Shown here: in pieces, positions 58,843-64,000 of the stretch
How the letters are laid out: every line of letters begins with the position of its first letter
Position numbering within the stretch: position 1 is the first letter of the stretch
IMG/VR virus record: IMGVR_UViG_3300014947_000001
Strand: one strand, 5' to 3'
Source of the DNA: a virus
Length of the DNA stretch: 64,000 nucleotides
Program-made: the position numbers and the translations under genes
Notes under the pieces: generated by a model
The model's input: the letters and a program-made list of their open reading frames with translations, nothing else
Databases searched by the model: none
What the model was told of the DNA's origin: nothing

Positions 58843-58876
58843 GATAAGGCTCACTTTTTGAAAACCTCGTCAGGAA
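58843..58876 (-). promoter_or_regulatory. Family-1 motif (minus strand)
   Basis: Plus-strand gataaggctcactttttgaaaacctcgtcaggaa. Confidence 0.5.
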
Positions 58877-58915
58877 ATTGCAAAAAAAATCAAATTTGTT
58901 TCGTAATACGGTTCG

Positions 58916-58927
58916 AGCACATATTTA
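58916..58927 (+). promoter_or_regulatory. Family-2 motif
   Basis: cgagcacatatttagaataacc, ~40 nt upstream of the 58966 start; divergent from the 58843 Family-1 motif. Confidence 0.4.
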
Positions 58928-58965
58928 GAATAACCACTAATCGCATATTAAAGGAGGAATTGAAT

Positions 58966-59454
58966 ATGAGAGAAATACTTAAAACAGGAACATTGCAGGA
59001 AGTAATCGATACATTAGAGTCCGAAATTGAGGAATACGATATGAATTCTATCAAAGCGGACTTAACTAGTAACGATACATTTCTGCTTTGTGATCCAGTA
59101 GTCTTTATTCCTGATGTGAATCTTTTTGCCGTTTGCATGGAATACTGTCTTGGAGATGCCGACGGAATGGCTGACTGGTGTGGAACCTTTATATTCCGCA
59201 TCAAAAACGTATCCGGGAACCCTACTATTACAGATTATGGTTACGAATCCGACGATATCATGACAACATTGTATAATTACACACATGTTGACACAGATAA
59301 GTTGGCGTCCATGTCTGCAGGTCTTTTTACCGGAGACCTTGATCAGATCGCAGCTCTTTTGGAAAACGCAATCCTGGGAATCGAACTTCCAGATCCAGAT
59401 GCCGTCTCCGAAGTAACGACTGCTTTTGAAACGGCGCCCGCAATAGCATTCTAA
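58966..59454 (+). CDS. hypothetical protein
   Basis: RBS aaaggaggaattgaatATG. Confidence 0.5.
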   Translation: MREILKTGTLQEVIDTLESEIEEYDMNSIKADLTSNDTFLLCDPVVFIPDVNLFAVCMEYCLGDADGMADWCGTFIFRIKNVSGNPTITDYGYESDDIMTTLYNYTHVDTDKLASMSAGLFTGDLDQIAALLENAILGIELPDPDAVSEVTTAFETAPAIAF

Positions 59455-59462
59455 ACACAAAA

Positions 59463-59500
59463 GAAACCACTTACCAATTACGGTAGGTGGCTTCTTGTTT
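59463..59500 (+). terminator. rho-independent terminator (G.U-wobble stem)
   Basis: aaaccacttacc-aatta-cggtaggtggctt followed by cttgtttt. Confidence 0.5.
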
Positions 59501-59509
59501 TATGATTTT

Positions 59510-60043
59510 TCAAGATGTCTTATCGAATTGATAGCAATCGTATTCTATAATACATCCGATCTCATTGGTTTTGCATAGAATTGAAAGTCCACGTTCATAA
59601 CGTGCATCGCATCCATCTCTGTGTACGCAATGCCTGCAGTTAATAAGACATGCTTCCAGAAATTCGTCCGGAAATGTTTCGAGATCCTTCCATTCAGACT
59701 TCGACGCATATTGTTTTACTAATTTGTAACCTTTTGCGAGTTCACAATGTACGATATCCTGGTTCATCTTCGGAGTAACACAATACAGATTTCCTTCTCC
59801 GTCATCCCAGATTGACATCTTTTTGAAATGATACTTGAAGAACCGATGAATTTTGTTTACAAGGAAGCAAATGATACTTAGAACCCAACCAACCGGACCG
59901 ACAGCAAGAAGTCCTGTAACTGTGTCATTATCAAAAGCGATGTACAAAATAGTGGATACCAATGAACACAGTAGCCAAATAATAAGAACAAGTTTTATAG
60001 ATACCATAATATAATCTCCTTTTCTCTTATGACTTATTATCAT
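59510..60043 (-). CDS. membrane protein with Cys-rich C-terminal domain
   Basis: N-terminal transmembrane segments; CRHCVHRDGC...C. Confidence 0.45.
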   Translation of the reverse strand: MIISHKRKGDYIMVSIKLVLIIWLLCSLVSTILYIAFDNDTVTGLLAVGPVGWVLSIICFLVNKIHRFFKYHFKKMSIWDDGEGNLYCVTPKMNQDIVHCELAKGYKLVKQYASKSEWKDLETFPDEFLEACLINCRHCVHRDGCDARYERGLSILCKTNEIGCIIEYDCYQFDKTS

Positions 60044-60067
60044 AAATATGGAATTCCTAGTATTGCA

Positions 60068-60463
60068 TTAATTATCAGAAACATTCACATGCAATTTACT
60101 TTCATCCAGATACAAAAATCCCCATTCGTATCGTATTGTTTCAATATGTGTTGGTTTCTCGTTATCGACGACAGTTGGTAACCCACGTGTTGAAAACGAT
60201 TCTCCGGACTCATAATCAATATGTGTTATCTCGGATGTTATCGGTTTTCGAAAGGTTGTAAACAAAACAGCGATAACTGATAGAGAAATCAAAGATCCGA
60301 TACTCCAAAGACCGACCAAAACGGTTAACATTTTTGTTAGTTTTTGTTTTAATGACAAATCATCATGTTTACTATTCATTTTTCGAACTAAATAACTGAT
60401 TCTCGGAATAAACAAAATGAATATTACAGCTAAAACGAGAACCATAAATGCGATTACGTTCAT
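60068..60463 (-). CDS. single-pass membrane protein, tandem paralog
   Basis: ...THIETIRYEWGFLYLDESKLHVNVSDN; paralog of 60570-61004. Confidence 0.5.
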   Translation of the reverse strand: MNVIAFMVLVLAVIFILFIPRISYLVRKMNSKHDDLSLKQKLTKMLTVLVGLWSIGSLISLSVIAVLFTTFRKPITSEITHIDYESGESFSTRGLPTVVDNEKPTHIETIRYEWGFLYLDESKLHVNVSDN

Positions 60464-60489
60464 GGATTTCCTCCGTATTCCTATTATTT

Positions 60490-60571
60490 CGGAACCGCTC
60501 TTTCGGAACCTATTGACTTAGAAACTATTATGTTTCCTAAAACAATCGGTTCTAAAATATTCGGTTCCGCT
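60490..60571. repeat. compound palindromic GGTTCCG/CGGAACC element (copy B)
   Basis: tcggaaccg-N6-cggaacc ...36 nt... cggttct-N7-tcggttccgc; same architecture as 29925-30004. Confidence 0.55.
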
Positions 60572-61004
60572 ACTGTTGGTCCAACATTTCATCAGAAAGA
60601 TTTACGTGCAGTAATGTTTCCTTTTCATACAAAAAGCCCCACTTGTACGTAATCGTCTCAAAATGTGTTGAATTTTCTTCGTCTACGATTGCTGTCACGT
60701 TTTTCGGGATCTCTTCTCCGGACTCATATGATACCGGAATTGTCTCTACTGATACGGGCTGCCGGAATCTAGGGTATAATCCCATAAGAAAAATACTTGG
60801 ACATAATGCCAAGACTACATATACAGCAATTAAGGTTTCTGTTTTAAGTCCGGGAGCTACATTGAGCCCTGGTTCTACCGTGTCTCCATTAGAATCCATT
60901 GCTTCGATTGCTGCTATATCATCAACTGTCGATTTATGGATAATCGGAATGAAGATTACGGACACAGTTATTATCATGATCAACACAAATAACATAATAT
61001 GCAT
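60570..61004 (-). CDS. single-pass membrane protein, tandem paralog
   Basis: ...THFETITYKWGFLYEKETLLHVNLSDE. Confidence 0.5.
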   Translation of the reverse strand: MHIMLFVLIMIITVSVIFIPIIHKSTVDDIAAIEAMDSNGDTVEPGLNVAPGLKTETLIAVYVVLALCPSIFLMGLYPRFRQPVSVETIPVSYESGEEIPKNVTAIVDEENSTHFETITYKWGFLYEKETLLHVNLSDEMLDQQ

Positions 61005-61048
61005 GATTTTAATATCCTTTCTTTAATGACTGTTAGTTGTTATCTATT

Positions 61049-61082
61049 ACAAGGCTCATGAACTCGTAAACTCGTCAGGAAA
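61049..61082 (-). promoter_or_regulatory. Family-1 motif (minus strand)
   Basis: Plus-strand acaaggctcatgaactcgtaaactcgtcaggaa. Confidence 0.45.
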
Positions 61083-61297
61083 TCCAAAGATTCAAAACAA
61101 AAGTACAAAACATCAGAACTCACTTCCCCAGAGTTCAAATCTACGTTTTAAAGTACAAAACGAAGATTATACTCTTGGAATACAGAGTTCAAATCTTCTA
61201 CCTAAAGGCAGAAGATAACCCTTACCCGAGTAAACGAGTAAGGGTTGTAAACTTCACAGTATAAAACTTTATTACAGAGACTGGTTTTCGAGTTCTA

Positions 61298-61562
61298 GGT
61301 ATACGCTACCTGGAAATAGCCAGGGTCTATAACTCCTAATTCACGCCATGAGCTGCTGCTTGTGGTATACGCTACCTGGAAATAACCAGGGTCTATAACA
61401 TACATCTTTATTCGAAAACATGAGAAATAGGTATACGCAACACGGAAACAACCAGGGTCTATAACTAATGTTTTCAATATCCTGGGATATGCACAACCCG
61501 GGAATAACCAGGATCTATAACATTCTTTATAACGGAAGTGGTGTGCGCTATTTGGAAATAAC
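61298..61562 (+). CRISPR. orphan CRISPR-like mini-array (two intact 36-bp repeats, two 30-nt spacers, then three degenerate repeats)
   Basis: R1 ggtatacgctacctggaaatagccagggtctataac (61298-61333); R2 at 61364-61399 (1 mismatch); spacers 61334-61363 and 61400-61429; R3-R5 progressively degenerate with ~18-nt spacers; internal hairpin CCTGG-aaatag-CCAGG. Confidence 0.5.
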
Positions 61563-61584
61563 CTTTCTTTCTTTTGTTGTTATC

Positions 61585-61596
61585 TTAAATATGGGT
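61585..61596 (-). promoter_or_regulatory. Family-2 motif (minus strand) facing the array
   Basis: Plus-strand cttaaatatggg = cccatatttaag on the minus strand. Confidence 0.35.
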
Positions 61597-61715
61597 GAGT
61601 AATTTACAAAGGAATACAATTTGATGATAAGGAGAAGGATGAGGCTAAGGGAAGTTTGCATCATCACAAAACAAATAAAAGATCCCACGCAAAAACAAGC
61701 AGGATCTCTATATTC

Positions 61716-62930
61716 TTAAACTAATTCTGATTCTGTGACCGAATGGATTACGATCTTCTTTTTCTTACATCCACCGATCAACCATGCAGTGTACTGTTTA
61801 ATTACCTGGTCTCGGATGCTACTATCTAACATTCTACATCCGTAAACTCCATTCGCAAACTCATGTAATTGTGTTCGCATATCTGCATCCAGTTCGATCG
61901 GTAACTGATAGGCTAATCTCAGCGTTTCCAGTGTTTTGTCAATAATCTTGTCGACTGCCTCTTCAGATAACTTATGATAGTTGACAATCAAAGGGAAACG
62001 ACCAATCATTTCGTAACTTGCCCCCATTTTAATCATATCTTCTCTTGTGATCTCATCGAACATATCATTATCCTGGGTTCTGGCTCCGAATCCTAAATTA
62101 TTCTTTGCCGCATTCTTTTTCTGCTCTCTGGATTCATTAAACGAACCTAAACCAATAAACATCGTATTGGATGTATCAATATAATATCCAGTTGGCTGAC
62201 CATTCAAAATAAACGGAACTTCACGACCTTCAATAATAGTTAATAACTGATTTTGGACCGCAGCAGATGTGTTTGCTCCTTCTGCAAATGAAGGAATCAG
62301 TTTCTTGTCGAATTCATCCATAAATACGATTCCATAACCATTTGTGCCATTCTCCATGAGCTCATCTACTAGTATCGAACTTCCGGCACCAACAATGCCT
62401 TCTTCCGTAATCACAGATACATCTACTTGTGAGATTGTAAGCTCTGGAATCTCTGTTTTAAAATAATTGCGGAGTGACCGGTATGTTTCTGTTTTTCCGC
62501 AGCCAGATGGAGCAGCCATAAGCATATTGTTATTCACTGGGTTCCCAAGAGCAACGTTTGTGAGATAGTTATATACGTTTGCAAGTATTAAATCGAGATT
62601 GTCCTGTCCTATAACATCTTTGTGAATTGTGTTTCGAAACTCTGTAAACGGAACACGACCAAGCCATTCCTTAATGCTGAGTTTTAAATCCTCAATCTGT
62701 TCTGCTGTGTAATCATCTTCATCCATCATCATATTTGGATCTATATCGCCAGACATTAGCTGAATTAAAAACTGCTGTGGCTGTTCGGAAACCATTTCTT
62801 TCGGATCCTGTTCTTTTGTTTTTTCGGTTGGTTTCTTTTCTTTCGGATCCTTTTTTGTCGGTTTCTTGGCTTCGTTTGTTTCTACTTCTGTTAATTTCTT
62901 ATTTGTGAGTGATTCGTTTTTCGGTTCCAT
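61716..62930 (-). CDS. ClpX-like AAA+ unfoldase lacking the zinc-binding N-domain
   Basis: Walker A APSGCGKT, Walker B GIVFMDEFDKK, IGF-like loop NLGFGA, ClpX C-domain EDMIKMGASYEMIGRFPLIVNYHKLSEEAVDKII; Lys/Glu-rich N-terminus. Confidence 0.8.
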   Translation of the reverse strand: MEPKNESLTNKKLTEVETNEAKKPTKKDPKEKKPTEKTKEQDPKEMVSEQPQQFLIQLMSGDIDPNMMMDEDDYTAEQIEDLKLSIKEWLGRVPFTEFRNTIHKDVIGQDNLDLILANVYNYLTNVALGNPVNNNMLMAAPSGCGKTETYRSLRNYFKTEIPELTISQVDVSVITEEGIVGAGSSILVDELMENGTNGYGIVFMDEFDKKLIPSFAEGANTSAAVQNQLLTIIEGREVPFILNGQPTGYYIDTSNTMFIGLGSFNESREQKKNAAKNNLGFGARTQDNDMFDEITREDMIKMGASYEMIGRFPLIVNYHKLSEEAVDKIIDKTLETLRLAYQLPIELDADMRTQLHEFANGVYGCRMLDSSIRDQVIKQYTAWLIGGCKKKKIVIHSVTESELV

Positions 62931-62957
62931 AAAAATACCTCTCTTTCACTTAGCTAT

Positions 62958-62968
62958 CCTAAATATGG
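62958..62968 (-). promoter_or_regulatory. Family-2 motif (minus strand)
   Basis: Plus-strand cctaaatatgg, upstream of the clpX-like gene. Confidence 0.4.
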
Positions 62969-63006
62969 TTATCTTGTCTGCAGACAAATGACACGCATTC
63001 TCTCAA

Positions 63007-63020
63007 CCCATATTTAGAAC
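63007..63020 (+). promoter_or_regulatory. Family-2 motif
   Basis: cccatatttagaac, divergent from 62958. Confidence 0.4.
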
Positions 63021-63058
63021 AGAAACAATAAACACACAGAGAGGAGATTAGAAACGAT

Positions 63059-63496
63059 ATGGAACAGAAAGGGACATTTTCAATTACTGTTGAAGCTGGA
63101 TATCAGTTGAAATTCCGTCAGACTGTAGACGAATTATTAAGACCTATCAACACGAATCCTGATTACAGTAACGTTAGAAATTACATCACAAATATGGACC
63201 GCGATACTGGAATCATGTCTGTTAAAACGACTTTAACAACACAGGAAAACGTTGATGTAGACGAATCCGAATGTTATCAGAAACCACATTTGTATGATGA
63301 AAACGATGGACAGTGGTATCCAGGTGTCTATAACGATGAACCGAAGTTTGAATACGACGCGAATGGGATCATGACAGATCTAAAATCTGTGATCAAAAAG
63401 ATGGATCCTATTGGGCAGGTATTCATTAAATTTGGTTCCGTTCGAACAGACGACTATGAAAAAGATTTGGATGACAAATTCGTAGGTTGCCTGTAG
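63059..63496 (+). CDS. hypothetical protein
   Basis: RBS agagaggagattagaaacgatATG. Confidence 0.5.
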   Translation: MEQKGTFSITVEAGYQLKFRQTVDELLRPINTNPDYSNVRNYITNMDRDTGIMSVKTTLTTQENVDVDESECYQKPHLYDENDGQWYPGVYNDEPKFEYDANGIMTDLKSVIKKMDPIGQVFIKFGSVRTDDYEKDLDDKFVGCL

Positions 63497-63511
63497 TAGA
63501 AAACAAAAAGA

Positions 63512-63550
63512 AGAGTCGGCGATAAACCGACTCTTTCTCTTGTTTTTCGT
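63512..63550 (+). terminator. rho-independent terminator
   Basis: agagtcgg-cgataaa-ccgactct followed by ttctcttgttttt. Confidence 0.6.
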
Positions 63551-64000
63551 CATAATACTTCCGTATAGCCCAAAGTTTTCAAATATTCGGAAACCGCAGA
63601 CAGAGATTCCTTTATTTTGCTGATTTGATCTGGAATACACGATTTTGTTGCGACTTCCAGATTCTTCCTTTGTTCTGTAAATTTATTGTTGATCTCTATT
63701 TCGCGTTTTATTCAATTCAGATCTTGCATCAGATCTTTTTTATGAAACACCACTTGAACACTCCCCAGAGCTAAAACTCAGGGGATCCTATTGTCTGATT
63801 TAATTGAGACAACGTACTCGTCTGTACATACGGTCTCTGCTTAGCCGGTATTTCCTTTCGGAAGATACTTACCACACAGAGACTAAGTCACAGATGAGAT
63901 GAATCTGCAGATCACGATACCATGTCTAAAGCATTGATCTTTAACAGGGTATTGTAAGTGCATTGTGTTCTCTTCTGACATTCCGGAACTTTTGCCGTAA

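Overview
This 64-kb, AT-rich window from a Firmicutes/Clostridia-like genome appears to lie entirely inside one accessory mobile element; no rRNA or tRNA genes were found. The element looks like a large prophage, phage-plasmid or plasmid-like island.

Recognisable genes:
- A replication and recombination module: tyrosine integrase, BRO-N antirepressor, PIF1/RecD-like helicase with a Lys/Thr-rich tail, MazG-like NTP-pyrophosphatase, a two-OB-fold SSB-like protein, and an iteron origin (~22 x 31-bp repeats) flanked by two divergent replication-protein genes.
- An IS200/IS605-type element carrying only an intact-looking tnpB (1643-2773).
- Housekeeping-type homologues on the element: a bona fide ClpP (14016-14591), a ClpX-like AAA+ unfoldase lacking the zinc-binding N-domain (61716-62930), dUTPase, an SPFH/band-7 protein, a methyl-accepting chemotaxis protein, and a membrane-tethered ECF-like sigma factor.
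- A paralogous family of BspA-type leucine-rich-repeat surface proteins with six members, one carrying an in-frame TGG->TAG.
- An 862-aa protein with a TerD-like domain and a 596-aa protein made of ~19 tandem 31-aa repeats.
- Many tandemly duplicated small membrane-protein genes.

Most striking non-coding signals:
- (i) An element-specific ~34-bp motif (CTGACGAG-N13-TGAGCCTTATT) in 18 copies, always ~35-70 nt upstream of genes in gene orientation.
- (ii) A second upstream motif (GCACATATTTAA, often with TTTGTAA 8 bp upstream) in about 27 copies.
- (iii) An orphan CRISPR-like mini-array (36-bp hairpin repeat, two 30-nt spacers, then degenerate repeats).
- (iv) Several other repeat families described in the findings.

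The two motif families plus the element-encoded sigma factor suggest a self-contained, two-tier transcription programme. No phage structural genes occur in the window. The ORF track was used only as a guide, and several starts were re-assigned from RBS evidence.
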